This document shows, piece after piece, positions 54,064 through 64,000 of a DNA stretch of 64,000 bases. Below the pieces are notes generated by a model that worked only from the letters and a program-made list of their open reading frames with translations, made no database searches and was not told where the DNA came from. The DNA comes from an uncultured Flavobacteriales bacterium (lineage in GTDB: Bacteria; Bacteroidota; Bacteroidia; Flavobacteriales; Weeksellaceae): positions 10,624 through 74,623 of the forward strand of contig CALFIE010000006.1 in the NCBI GenBank assembly GCA_937876095.1, given 5' to 3'. Position 1 is the stretch's first letter; each line of letters starts with the position of its first letter. The translations under genes and the position numbers were made by a program.

Positions 54064-55365
54064 ATGAAAAGATTTTTTCTTTTAACTCTTCTTGCATCAG
54101 GATGTTGTTTACACGCTCAAACGATTGGTAATTCACCATATGCTGCCTTCGGAATTGGCGATGTGAAATATGATAATACAGTTGAAAATTCTGCAATGGG
54201 AGGTATTTCTACCGCTTATATTTGGGATTTCAATGGTGGTTTCAACTTCAAAAATCCTGCAGCTAACCAAAATGTAGAACTTACTACACTAAAAATAGAA
54301 GGAACAAATGAAAATAATTTTTTCAAATCCAATTATAATAATCTTTCTGCAACCAAGCATTCTACCTATTTATCTAATATTTCGTTGTCTTTCCCAATTT
54401 CAAAAAAAGTAAAATTCGGATTAGGATATCAACCTTATAGTACTAAAGATTATTCTTTGTACACCAATAATACACTAAGCGCAGGAAATGTAAAAGGCAC
54501 TAATTTTACAGGAAACGGAACAATCAATATGGTACAAACAGCCGCTTCTTACTCCGTTTCTCCTGAATTTTCTTTGGGATTACGTGCAAATTACTATTTC
54601 GGTAATATTTATAATATTGAAGAACTTGCCTACAACAATGCAGAACTAATCAATGGTTACGAAACCAAAAACAAAGTAAAATCTTTCAATTTTACTTTGG
54701 GAACTACTTATCAAAAAAAATATAAAGACGATCGTAAACTCACATTGGGAGCAACCGCTAGTTTTGGAACTACCGGAACTATGGAAACAAACTATACCAA
54801 TAGTACCTATTATTATGTAGATCAAACTACTAAAAGCTACATCAGCATTATAGAACAAAAAAACAGTTCTGATAAGAATTTGATTCCGACCGAAGCTTCA
54901 GTAGGAGTTGGTTATGGTCACGACACCAAATGGTTTCTATCAACTCAATTAGATTACCGAAAAGGCGAAAACATACAATTTTTAGGAAAATCTTTCTCTT
55001 TTAATAATTCTTATAGAATTTCAGCAGGAGGTTGGTATTTACCAAATTACAATAATTTTAGAAATTATTTTTCCAGAGTAGTTTATAGATACGGATTCTA
55101 TTATGAAAAAGGAAACCTCAATCTAAACGGATTAGGTGAAGTAAATGGAGTTGGTGGTAAAGACATCAACAAATTTGCACTTACAGCAGGTGTAACTTTA
55201 CCATTTCAGAAAAGTAATGTGTCTAGAATGAGCGGAATAGATTTGGGAATTGAATTTGGCAAAAGAGGAACTTTGCAAAACAACCTCATCAATCAGAATT
55301 TCATCAACCTAAGTATTGGACTGAATTTTGCAGACAAATGGTTTGTGAAAAGACAGTTCGACTAA
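54064..55365 (+). CDS. putative outer-membrane beta-barrel protein
   Basis: 433 aa; signal peptide ending LHAQ; alternating Y/G/N/S/T-rich strands; terminal aromatic (...KRQFD); directly upstream of the lptC-like gene. Confidence 0.4.
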   Translation: MKRFFLLTLLASGCCLHAQTIGNSPYAAFGIGDVKYDNTVENSAMGGISTAYIWDFNGGFNFKNPAANQNVELTTLKIEGTNENNFFKSNYNNLSATKHSTYLSNISLSFPISKKVKFGLGYQPYSTKDYSLYTNNTLSAGNVKGTNFTGNGTINMVQTAASYSVSPEFSLGLRANYYFGNIYNIEELAYNNAELINGYETKNKVKSFNFTLGTTYQKKYKDDRKLTLGATASFGTTGTMETNYTNSTYYYVDQTTKSYISIIEQKNSSDKNLIPTEASVGVGYGHDTKWFLSTQLDYRKGENIQFLGKSFSFNNSYRISAGGWYLPNYNNFRNYFSRVVYRYGFYYEKGNLNLNGLGEVNGVGGKDINKFALTAGVTLPFQKSNVSRMSGIDLGIEFGKRGTLQNNLINQNFINLSIGLNFADKWFVKRQFD

Positions 55366-55375
55366 TAAAACTGTA

Positions 55376-55969
55376 GTGGAAACAACCTATTTTTTAAAAT
55401 TAAAAAATAGCATCCCATTGTTTATCGCAATGGTTTTGGTAATTTCTATACAATCTTGCGAAGAAGATTTAGCAAGTACAAATGCCAAAAAAAAGACCAA
55501 TTTCGCATCACAAGTTATTTACAATGCCAATATTTTGCAACGTGATTCTGGTTTTGTGAAAGTACGCTTCAAAGCACCACTTATAGAAAAGTACGAATTG
55601 ATAGACACTCCTTATGTAGAAGCCAAAAAAGGAATTTATATAGAATTTTATGATCCTAAAAAACCCAAAGTTCCTGGAAAAATTTGGGCAAAATATGCTA
55701 AATTCATAGAACCTACCGAATTTTATCAAGCCAAAGGAAATGTGAAAGTTCTTACCAATGATGGACAAAGTTTTGCAATGCAATCGATCAATTGGGACAA
55801 AAAAAATCACAAAATGTACACTTCTGACACCGTTTTTGTGAGCGATAAAAATGGTAATATTTTGGTTGGTGCAAATGGTATGGAAGCCAAAGATGATTTC
55901 TCTGCATACACCTTTTACAACAGCAGTGGAAACTTCAGCTCCAAGAATATTTCTCCTGCTAAAAGGTAA
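55376..55969 (+). CDS. LptC-like periplasmic LPS-export protein (OstA-N fold) candidate
   Basis: 197 aa; N-terminal membrane anchor then beta-jellyroll-like pattern (IYNANILQRDSGFVKVRFKAP...KGNVKVLTNDGQSFAMQSINWDKKN). Confidence 0.45.
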   Translation: METTYFLKLKNSIPLFIAMVLVISIQSCEEDLASTNAKKKTNFASQVIYNANILQRDSGFVKVRFKAPLIEKYELIDTPYVEAKKGIYIEFYDPKKPKVPGKIWAKYAKFIEPTEFYQAKGNVKVLTNDGQSFAMQSINWDKKNHKMYTSDTVFVSDKNGNILVGANGMEAKDDFSAYTFYNSSGNFSSKNISPAKR

Positions 55970-56014
55970 ACTACCCCCTTATTTTTATTATTTTTGAATT
56001 AAAAAATTATTGTA

Positions 56015-57049
56015 ATGGATTTCAGAGCAATCGGTTTGATGTCGGGAACCAGTTTAGATGGTTTAGATATCTGTTTGGTGAATTTCTCGAGAAAAAATTT
56101 TGAAATTTTGTACGCAGAAACCATTGCCTATCCTGAAATTTGGGAAGAAAAACTGCACCATGCAATCAACTTACCATCAGAAGATTTGCTAGCTCTACAT
56201 TCAGAATATGGTTTTTATTTGGGAGAACAAGTTCGAGATTTTATTCAAAAAAATAAAATTGAAAATATAGATGTCATCGCATCTCATGGTCATACCATCT
56301 TCCATAATCCAGCTCGGAAATTTACTTTGCAAATTGGCGATGGAAGAGCTATCAAAATCATCAACCAAATTCCGGTAGTATACGATTTCAGAAGTCAAGA
56401 CGTTTTACTCGGCGGAAATGGAGCTCCACTCGTACCAATTGGTGATGAACTCCTATTTTCAGATTACGATGCTTGTCTGAATTTGGGTGGATTTTCTAAT
56501 ATTTCTTTGAAACGAAACGGAAAACGAATCGCTTTTGATATTTCTCCCGTAAATATCGTTTTAAACCATTTTGCAAAAAAATTAAACCAAAAATTTGATG
56601 AAAATGGAGACATCGCAAAATCTGGAAAGATTGATGAAGCAATACTTCATCAATTAAACTCATTGTCTTTCTACGAACAATCACACCCCAAATCTTTAGG
56701 AATAGAATGGGTGCAACAAACCGTTTTTCCGTTGCTTAAAAACACCAATGCTTCTACTGCAATTGCTACTTTTACCGAACATGCTGCAACGCAAATTGCT
56801 AAAATTTTGAATGAATTTCAGGTGAAAAATGTACTTTGTACAGGTGGTGGAAGTTATAACGCTTTTTTAATTGAAAAAATTGAAGAAAAAACCAATACCG
56901 AAATCATTTTACCAAGCAATCAACTAATTGAGTACAAAGAAGCGCTTATTTTCTCATTGATGGGAATGCTTCGAATTCAAAACAAAAACAATGTTCTGTG
57001 CTCTGCAACTGGGAGTTTACATGATCATTCTTCTGGTATTATTGCATAA
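56015..57049 (+). CDS. anmK: anhydro-N-acetylmuramic acid kinase
   Basis: 344 aa; N-terminal GLMSGTSLDGLDI; ASKHA-fold pattern throughout. Confidence 0.85.
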   Translation: MDFRAIGLMSGTSLDGLDICLVNFSRKNFEILYAETIAYPEIWEEKLHHAINLPSEDLLALHSEYGFYLGEQVRDFIQKNKIENIDVIASHGHTIFHNPARKFTLQIGDGRAIKIINQIPVVYDFRSQDVLLGGNGAPLVPIGDELLFSDYDACLNLGGFSNISLKRNGKRIAFDISPVNIVLNHFAKKLNQKFDENGDIAKSGKIDEAILHQLNSLSFYEQSHPKSLGIEWVQQTVFPLLKNTNASTAIATFTEHAATQIAKILNEFQVKNVLCTGGGSYNAFLIEKIEEKTNTEIILPSNQLIEYKEALIFSLMGMLRIQNKNNVLCSATGSLHDHSSGIIA

Positions 57050-57108
57050 AAAACTTTTCATTTAAAATGAAAAGTCCTTTTTTTATACTCTGAATTTTAT
57101 TAATAAAA

Positions 57109-57495
57109 TTAAAGCTCTTCGATCTTATCAGTTAAAGAATTGATGAAATTTTGCAACGGTTTTTCTACCATCATTTTTATAAATGGGTTGAATTGACCTT
57201 CAAACTGCAACTGAACTTCTGTTTTTTGGTCATCAATAGGATTCATCACTCCAGAAAGTGCAAAATCTAAACTGGAACTTGCAGACTGCAAAACTACTTT
57301 TTGGTCGTTCACTTCAGCAATTTTTAAGGCAATTTCAGGCATTCCTTTTAAGCTAAATTTGAATCCATCTTCTCTAGATTCAAAGCTTTGTAAACCTTCT
57401 GGCATTAAGTTTTTGTAATCTTCTGGATTTTTCAACATATTCAAAAGTTCAGCCGATGATTTATTTACGATAATTTTTCTTCCTTCTAAGTTCAT
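57109..57495 (-). CDS. hypothetical protein (possibly SRPBCC-like)
   Basis: 128-aa ORF; no family confidently recognised. Confidence 0.35.
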   Translation of the reverse strand: MNLEGRKIIVNKSSAELLNMLKNPEDYKNLMPEGLQSFESREDGFKFSLKGMPEIALKIAEVNDQKVVLQSASSSLDFALSGVMNPIDDQKTEVQLQFEGQFNPFIKMMVEKPLQNFINSLTDKIEEL

Positions 57496-57526
57496 TTTTT
57501 AATATTTTTGTAGAATTAATAAAGCA

Positions 57527-58138
57527 ATGCAAATGTATAAAGTTTTTGTGAACGAAAAAAAATTAAGTCTGAGTAATCATCCTACGGATTTTGAAAAAAA
57601 CTTAAAATATGACGATTCTTCTACTTTTGAGATTGCTATCGACTTACTTGAGAATACATCTTGCCCAGAACTAAATATTTATGCAGATAATTTAGAGCAA
57701 TTATGGGAAAATTTCAAGGAAATGTTTACAAAAATTTATGCAGCTGGTGGAATTGTAAGCAATGAAAGTAGTGAAATTTTGTTTATTTTCAGACTTGGGA
57801 GATGGGATTTACCTAAAGGTAAAATTGAAATTGGCGAATCACTAGAAGAAGCTGCAAAAAGAGAAGTTGAGGAAGAATGTGGTTTGAAAGAATTAAAAAT
57901 CAAGCAATATATAAATACAACCTACCACATCTACACCGAAAGAAATGGCAAAAAAACTTTGAAGGTTACCAATTGGTTCACAATGGATTACTTCGGGAAA
58001 GATATGCCAATTCCACAGATTGAAGAAGGCATCACCAATGCAAGCTGGAAAGCTAAAGACGTGATTCTGAATGATATATTCCCAAATACTTTTCAAAATA
58101 TTAAACTTATTCTGACCGAAATTTGGGAAAAGTCGTAA
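57527..58138 (+). CDS. NUDIX hydrolase
   Basis: 203 aa; Nudix box GKIEIGESLEEAAKREVEEECGL. Confidence 0.75.
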   Translation: MQMYKVFVNEKKLSLSNHPTDFEKNLKYDDSSTFEIAIDLLENTSCPELNIYADNLEQLWENFKEMFTKIYAAGGIVSNESSEILFIFRLGRWDLPKGKIEIGESLEEAAKREVEEECGLKELKIKQYINTTYHIYTERNGKKTLKVTNWFTMDYFGKDMPIPQIEEGITNASWKAKDVILNDIFPNTFQNIKLILTEIWEKS

Positions 58139-58141
58139 ATA

Positions 58142-59413
58142 TTACAAAAATTCTATAATTTTCTCGAGCGCAATTCCTCGAGATGCTTTCAATAGGATAT
58201 TTTGGTTGGTAATACGATTGTTCTTCAAATGAGCAATCAATTCATCGGTATTTGTAAATGATTTAGCACTACTATTCGCTGATTTGAAGTGTTTACCTAC
58301 GGTAATCACTTCATCAAAACTAGCATTATTTGCCCATTTCAAAATTTCGGAGTGTTCAAATTCACTTTCTGCCCCCAATTCTAACATATCTCCCATAATT
58401 ACGGTTTTTGAACCTTTGAAATTATTAAAATTTTTAAGTGACTCTAACATAGAACTCGGATTGGCGTTATAGGTATCTAAAACCAAGGTTTTCCCATCTT
58501 TTTGCATTACCTGAGAACGCATATTAGTTGGTGTATACTCAGAAATTGCTTTCTTAATTGCTGAGAAATCCACACCGAAATGCAAACCAAAACTTACTGC
58601 AGCACACAAATTATTGAAATTGTAATTACCTGTAAGTTTAGAGAGTGCTTCCTTATTCTGATAACGGAGACCTACAAAATTTTCATGGGTAAATTCTTCA
58701 AAAAAATACTTAGAATTTGAGGTTCCAAAAGTAATTTTAGATTCGTAATCTTGGCATTTCTCTACTTGAATATCATCTTTTTGGTTAACCAAAATGGTTT
58801 GTTGATGTGATTTTAGGTAATGATAGAGTTCAGATTTGGCTTTTTTTACTCCCTCAAAACCACCAAAACCTTCTAAATGTGCTTTACCAAAATTGGTAAT
58901 GTAACCAAAATTAGGTTGTGCAAGCGAACACAAAAACTCTATTTCACCAATATGATTTGCACCCATTTCTATGACTGCCATTTCGTGCTCTGGTTTTATA
59001 GAAAGTAATGTGAGAGGAACACCAATATGATTATTGAGATTCCCATAAGTATATTGCACAGCAAATTTCTGAGAAAGAACCGCATGAATTAATTCTTTGG
59101 TGGTAGTTTTCCCATTACTACCAGTAAGAGCAATAATTGGGATTTTGAGCAAATTTCTATGAAGCAGAGCAAGCTCTTGTAAAAAAAACAAGGTAGAAGG
59201 AACATAGAAAATATTTTTAGCAATATTTTCAAATTCTATTTGTTCTACAATCACAGCTAAAGCACCGTTATCTATGGCTTCTTCTGCTTGAATTGCAGCA
59301 TTAAAATTATCACCAGAAAACGCAAAGAAAATATCATTTTCTTTGATTTTTCTACTGTCGATTACTACTTGATTGGATTGTAAAAAAATAGGATAAAATT
59401 GCTCTGCATTCAT
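58142..59413 (-). CDS. murF: UDP-N-acetylmuramoyl-tripeptide--D-alanyl-D-alanine ligase
   Basis: 423 aa; Mur-ligase P-loop TGSNGKTTTKE and central/C-terminal Mur domains. Confidence 0.85.
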   Translation of the reverse strand: MNAEQFYPIFLQSNQVVIDSRKIKENDIFFAFSGDNFNAAIQAEEAIDNGALAVIVEQIEFENIAKNIFYVPSTLFFLQELALLHRNLLKIPIIALTGSNGKTTTKELIHAVLSQKFAVQYTYGNLNNHIGVPLTLLSIKPEHEMAVIEMGANHIGEIEFLCSLAQPNFGYITNFGKAHLEGFGGFEGVKKAKSELYHYLKSHQQTILVNQKDDIQVEKCQDYESKITFGTSNSKYFFEEFTHENFVGLRYQNKEALSKLTGNYNFNNLCAAVSFGLHFGVDFSAIKKAISEYTPTNMRSQVMQKDGKTLVLDTYNANPSSMLESLKNFNNFKGSKTVIMGDMLELGAESEFEHSEILKWANNASFDEVITVGKHFKSANSSAKSFTNTDELIAHLKNNRITNQNILLKASRGIALEKIIEFL

Positions 59414-59475
59414 AGGTCAAAAATAAAAAAATCCTTCCAAAATAAGGAAGGATTTGTATAAAATTTTGATAATTT

Positions 59476-61086
59476 TTATCTTTTGGTTCTGTTTTTGTTA
59501 TTGGTTTGTGCGTCTTGAGCAACACGGAAACCAACCCAACCAAATGATTTAGCTTGATCTTTGTATCTTCTTTGTCCCGGATCTAACCAATAAGCTGTAT
59601 CTAACCAAGAACCACCTTTAACAACTCTAATATAATTAGAAACTTGAGATGTTCTATCTTTTCTGTCTTTTTGTAATATTACTCTACCTCTAGAATCTAC
59701 GATGAATTTTTTTCTTGCAGAATTATACATGTCGAAATTTGCCATAGAGCTATCTATTTCTTTACCATGAGAACCTTCTAGTGAAGATGGGAAATCCCCA
59801 TCTCTAAAATTACTATAATCATTAAGAACTTCTCTTTCAAATTTTCCTGGATATCCTTTTGCTAATAATCTACCATCAGATAAGGTATCATATTTAATAC
59901 TGTTCATATCAATTTTTTTAGAAGAACCGTCTCCATTCTTTACAATAGCTTCTAGAGCACTACCTCTATAGTAATTAAAATCACTGTACTCAGCATCAAT
60001 AATTGGTCTGTAAACATCTGCAGTCCATTCTGCAACGTTTCCATACATACCGTAGATTCCTAAGTCATTTGAGGGGTAATTCTTAACATCTGAAGTAATT
60101 GCAGCACCATCATTTTTCCAACCAGCAACACCAGAATAATCACCAGTACCAATTTTGAAATTTTCCAACAACATACCATTTTGTCTGCCTTTGGTTCCTC
60201 TCAATTTTTCAATTTCAGGTTTTTTACCAAGAATATTATTATATTCTCTGTTTTTCTGAACACCAACAGCTGCATATTCCCATTCTACTTCTGTAGGAAG
60301 TCTAAATCTTGTTACAAGATTAGAATTTGGCGATTTATTTGCTGCCAAAATACGTTGATTGGTTGTTTTTATACCAGATTTCTGTTGTAATCTTTGGGTA
60401 TTGATATAGGCTTGCATTTCTGGATCGTTTGCTTTGAATTTATCTAAATTGAAAGCAGTTCCTCCTACATTATTGGCATCATTCAAGTAAAAATCTTTTG
60501 AAATTACACCTTGATCAATCAATGCTTTTTCATTGGCTCTATCTGTCAACCAATCACAATATCTGGTTGCTTGTAACCAATTTACACCAACTACAGGATA
60601 GTAATCATATTCTGGAGAACGTAAATAATGTTCAGCCAAATCGTTTCTAGACAATTCGTTATTCCAAGTTAAGGTATCTGGTAAAGAACCTTTATAAATA
60701 TTAACGAAACTAGGATCAGACGGTGGAAATACGTATTTCAACCAAGTAAGATACTCGCGATATTCATAATTGGTAATTTCTGTTTCGCCGATAAAGAACG
60801 AATTTACCTGCATTCTGCGAGGTGAATTATTCCAATCGTGCATTACATCATCTTTCACTAATCCCATTGTGAAAGTCCCACCTTCTACATAAACCATTCC
60901 GGGCCAACTTTTCTCTTTTTGTTGTTTCCCCGCGAAGAACCAACCTTTTCGATCGTTTGGTCTCCAACCTGATTTACTGGTAAATTTTTTTGTACCACCG
61001 CCACCTTGAGTGTTACCACCGCCGCAACTTGTTAGAATTAATGTGGAGCTTAATGCTATTAATGAAAACAACTTTAGTTTTTTCAT
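59476..61086 (-). CDS. gldJ: gliding-motility / T9SS lipoprotein GldJ (FGE-sulfatase-fold)
   Basis: about 536 aa from MKKLKLF; lipoprotein box LTSCGG; SUMF1/FGE-like core (YVEGGTFTMG, VVGVNWLQATRYCDWL, GMYGNVAEWT, VKGGSW); adjacent to murF and porU as in Flavobacterium. Confidence 0.75.
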   Translation of the reverse strand: MKKLKLFSLIALSSTLILTSCGGGNTQGGGGTKKFTSKSGWRPNDRKGWFFAGKQQKEKSWPGMVYVEGGTFTMGLVKDDVMHDWNNSPRRMQVNSFFIGETEITNYEYREYLTWLKYVFPPSDPSFVNIYKGSLPDTLTWNNELSRNDLAEHYLRSPEYDYYPVVGVNWLQATRYCDWLTDRANEKALIDQGVISKDFYLNDANNVGGTAFNLDKFKANDPEMQAYINTQRLQQKSGIKTTNQRILAANKSPNSNLVTRFRLPTEVEWEYAAVGVQKNREYNNILGKKPEIEKLRGTKGRQNGMLLENFKIGTGDYSGVAGWKNDGAAITSDVKNYPSNDLGIYGMYGNVAEWTADVYRPIIDAEYSDFNYYRGSALEAIVKNGDGSSKKIDMNSIKYDTLSDGRLLAKGYPGKFEREVLNDYSNFRDGDFPSSLEGSHGKEIDSSMANFDMYNSARKKFIVDSRGRVILQKDRKDRTSQVSNYIRVVKGGSWLDTAYWLDPGQRRYKDQAKSFGWVGFRVAQDAQTNNKNRTKR

Positions 61087-61249
61087 AGTCAGTATAAATA
61101 TTTTCAGATTACAAAGAAAAAATAAATTATTCAATTAATCAAGTAAAGATTTGATTTTTTTTATAACGTTGATAAAATAATTTTATTGCATCATATTAAA
61201 ATTATATTTTTTTTCGTTTATTTTGTATCGAAAATAATTTTCAAAAAAA

Positions 61250-64000
61250 ATGAAACGACATTTTACAATACTCTTCTGGTTGATTTCTATTAATCTACTT
61301 TGGAGTCAAAAAATACTTCTGCAATGGGAAGGTTCTACTGTACTTGACTTTGGGTTAGATAATAAGATTACTGTACCTTTTTTCAAAAACAGTGGTTTTT
61401 CATTCGACCAAAATAGTATATTTATTAATGCAAAACAAAAAATTAACGAAAAAAATTTGGTAATTCGTAATTTTGTATGGAAAAACATCCAAAGAAAAGA
61501 CTTGTACGATCTGGATATCAATCTGTTACCTCAAAATGAAAGTTCTGGCATTTCTTATTACTTTAATGATAAAGAAAATGCAGAATATGCCCAAATTAGA
61601 ATTGCAACCATTATTTCTGATCATGGGGTTGCCAAAAGACTGGTCTCTTTTGATGTGGTAGAAAGTGCAGCAGAGTTGGTGAAAAATTCGCAATCTGTTG
61701 AAAAAGTTGGTACCACTGTAAATCCTCTTTCGTCAGGAAATTTTTATAAAATTAAAGTAGATAAGTCGGGAGTTTTCAAAATAACTACCCAATTTTTGAA
61801 AGATATTGGCATCAATCCAGCATCTGTGAACCCTAAAAATTTCAGAATTTATGGAAATGGAGGTATTATGTTGCCCGAATATAACCAAGATACCAAATAC
61901 AGTGCTCTGCAAGAAGATGCAATTATGGTAGTTGGTGAAAGTGATGGGGTTTGGAATGATGGTGATTACGCTCTATTCTATGCACAAGGTCCAAATGGTT
62001 ATAATTTGTATGATTTTTCTAACGGGAAAGGTTACAAAAGAAAAGAATACCGAAATGATCAGTGTAATAATATTATAAATATCTATGATGATTACTCTTA
62101 TTATTTTCTAACATTTGATAAAGGAATCGGCAAAAGAGTTCAACCTGTAGATGTTGCTTTAACATCTACACCTACAATTAATAGGTATGATGATTATCAG
62201 GTAATAAATGATGAAAAATATAATCTGCTAAATTTGGGTAGAACTTGGACTGGTGATGCTTTCAATAGTAACAAAACCATCTCTTTTACAACCAAATCAC
62301 CAATTTTACCTGAAGATAATGTAAGATTCAGAACTCAAGTAATTGCTTACAAAGCACAAGGAAATAATATTGATTTTAACATCAATAACCTTAATCCAAC
62401 ATCTGTACAAATTTTTGGAAATGCAATTGATTATATACCAGTAAGATATTATGGAAGTATTAATAATCTACAAGGTAATAACATCACCATAAATTATATT
62501 CCAAATAATTCTGCCAATCCAAATGGTGCTTTCTATTTTGACTATATAGAAGTTCAATACAAAGAAAATTTGACCTTCAATGGTAATCAAATGAATTTTA
62601 GATATTATGATGTAATTTCAGGATCTGGTCAAACTTACAATTTTTCTGTTGACAATGCAGGTTCTATAGAACAAATTTGGGATGTATCTGATGTAACCAA
62701 TGCAAATGCAAGAGTTAATAAAAATTCTGGTAACAAATTCGATTTTGCTTATGTTGCCGATAATCTTAATTTCAATAATGAGTTTGTGGCATTTCGTTCA
62801 GATGCAGCATTCACACCAAGTTATGTAGGTAAAGTAGAAAACCAGAATTTATCTGGATTACAAAATGTGGATTATTTAGTTATTACTACACCTGAATTTT
62901 TCGGCTATGCCAACAAAATTGCGAATCACCATCACACAAAAAATAATCTCAACACGCAAATTGTAGATGTTAATAAAATTTACAATGAATTTAGTAGCGG
63001 AGGAAAAGATATTACGGCAATTAGAGATTTTATTACCAAATTAAATACACCTGCTGGAAACCTAAAATATGTTCTATTACTAGGTGACACCACTTATGAT
63101 TATAAAAATAGAACACCCAACAATTTTAATATAGTACCAAGTTATGAAAGTGAAGAAAGTGGAAACTACACTTCTTCTTTTGTAACCGATGATTATTTTG
63201 TGATGACTGCTGCACAAACTAACCCTTATTTATCTAATAATTTGCCAAATGTACCTATTGGAAGATTACCTGCTGCCAATTCAACAGAAGCAAATTTATT
63301 AATAAATAAAACTTTGGCCTATTACAATAATCTCCCTGGTCAATCTACTCCATTTGGAGAATGGAGGATGAAAATGGATTTTGTAGTAGATATTGCAAAT
63401 GAAGGTGGGACTCCTTTTCATAATCTTATAAATAACTATTCTATAGTCCCAATATTTGAAGGAACAACAGATAAGCCCGAATATAATATTAGAAAATTAT
63501 ACCTAGATGCATACCAAGGTGTAGTTACTGCAGGTGGTGTTAGATATCCTCAAGTTAATCAAGCAATTTCAAATGATGTTGGTAATAGTCTCTATTTATT
63601 TTATTTCGGACATGGTGGAATTAATGGTTGGGCTCAAAGCAGGGTTCTAGGTTCAACCGAAGTACAAAATTTTAATAATTTCAATTCTATCTACACAAGA
63701 TTTCCTTTCTGTTCTACTATAACTTGTGAATTCTGTTTGTGGGATGAACCCAATACTTTTTCTGTAGGTGAACAATTCATAAAACATTCTGATGGAGGAG
63801 CTGCTACTATGATTACTTCTAGTAGAGCAATAGATGTTAGTTATGGTATAGATTTCACACCATTTTTTACAAAAAATCTTTTAAATCTAAATAATGATGA
63901 TTTTGAAACTTTGGGTAATGCTCACCTGAAAGCAAAACAGCAATTCAATCTTGTTAATAATGGTGGTTTAAACCATCTAAAAGTAAACTTCTTAGGAGAT
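61250..64000 (+). CDS. porU: type IX secretion system sortase PorU (C25-peptidase-like), 3'-truncated by the window edge
   Basis: open frame from the ATG at 61250 to the window end (917 codons, omitted from the ORF table for lack of a stop); signal peptide; gingipain/PorU-like segments (YKIKVDKSGVFKITTQFLKDIGINPASVNPKNFRIYGNGGIMLPE, YLFYFGHGGINGWA). Confidence 0.7.
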   Translation, partial: MKRHFTILFWLISINLLWSQKILLQWEGSTVLDFGLDNKITVPFFKNSGFSFDQNSIFINAKQKINEKNLVIRNFVWKNIQRKDLYDLDINLLPQNESSGISYYFNDKENAEYAQIRIATIISDHGVAKRLVSFDVVESAAELVKNSQSVEKVGTTVNPLSSGNFYKIKVDKSGVFKITTQFLKDIGINPASVNPKNFRIYGNGGIMLPEYNQDTKYSALQEDAIMVVGESDGVWNDGDYALFYAQGPNGYNLYDFSNGKGYKRKEYRNDQCNNIINIYDDYSYYFLTFDKGIGKRVQPVDVALTSTPTINRYDDYQVINDEKYNLLNLGRTWTGDAFNSNKTISFTTKSPILPEDNVRFRTQVIAYKAQGNNIDFNINNLNPTSVQIFGNAIDYIPVRYYGSINNLQGNNITINYIPNNSANPNGAFYFDYIEVQYKENLTFNGNQMNFRYYDVISGSGQTYNFSVDNAGSIEQIWDVSDVTNANARVNKNSGNKFDFAYVADNLNFNNEFVAFRSDAAFTPSYVGKVENQNLSGLQNVDYLVITTPEFFGYANKIANHHHTKNNLNTQIVDVNKIYNEFSSGGKDITAIRDFITKLNTPAGNLKYVLLLGDTTYDYKNRTPNNFNIVPSYESEESGNYTSSFVTDDYFVMTAAQTNPYLSNNLPNVPIGRLPAANSTEANLLINKTLAYYNNLPGQSTPFGEWRMKMDFVVDIANEGGTPFHNLINNYSIVPIFEGTTDKPEYNIRKLYLDAYQGVVTAGGVRYPQVNQAISNDVGNSLYLFYFGHGGINGWAQSRVLGSTEVQNFNNFNSIYTRFPFCSTITCEFCLWDEPNTFSVGEQFIKHSDGGAATMITSSRAIDVSYGIDFTPFFTKNLLNLNNDDFETLGNAHLKAKQQFNLVNNGGLNHLKVNFLGD

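Overview
AT-rich (about one-third GC by eye) chromosomal window from a Bacteroidota / Flavobacteriia-type genome (Flavobacteriaceae- or Weeksellaceae-like). Supporting this placement: a conserved murF-gldJ-porU gene order, a plant-type glutaminyl cyclase, and many signal peptides ending ...F(S/A)Q. I call about 60 protein genes, one tRNA-Arg(ACG), several intrinsic terminators and no rRNA, CRISPR array, transposase or integrase. Most genes are housekeeping: recF, mnmE, murF, mtgA, lpdA plus a fused alpha-ketoacid dehydrogenase E1, thiolase, pruA, fabH-like, corA, holB, anmK, pepP-like, a deoxynucleoside kinase and a lptC-like gene. Accessory or unusual content: two type II toxin-antitoxin (TA) pairs (ParE/RelE-like; RES-Xre), a ~1970-aa alpha-2-macroglobulin-like gene heading a five-gene minus-strand operon, an ECF-sigma/anti-sigma/periplasmic-protein module next to a di-haem cytochrome c peroxidase, a GldA-like ABC ATPase with no permease partner, a long flotillin, and a secreted Cys/Lys octad-repeat peptide just downstream of corA. 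The most striking non-genic signals are a four-helix-bundle (23S-rRNA-IVS-type) gene bracketed by inverted arrays of ARTACGA heptamer repeats, two copies of a ~75-95-bp palindromic element with conserved TTTTGTCAT ... ATGACAAA termini, and several other 6-8-bp tandem repeat arrays, including one inside the mnmE coding sequence and a (GCTACA)6 run in a secreted protein. All calls are from reading the sequence and recalled family signatures; no database search was run.
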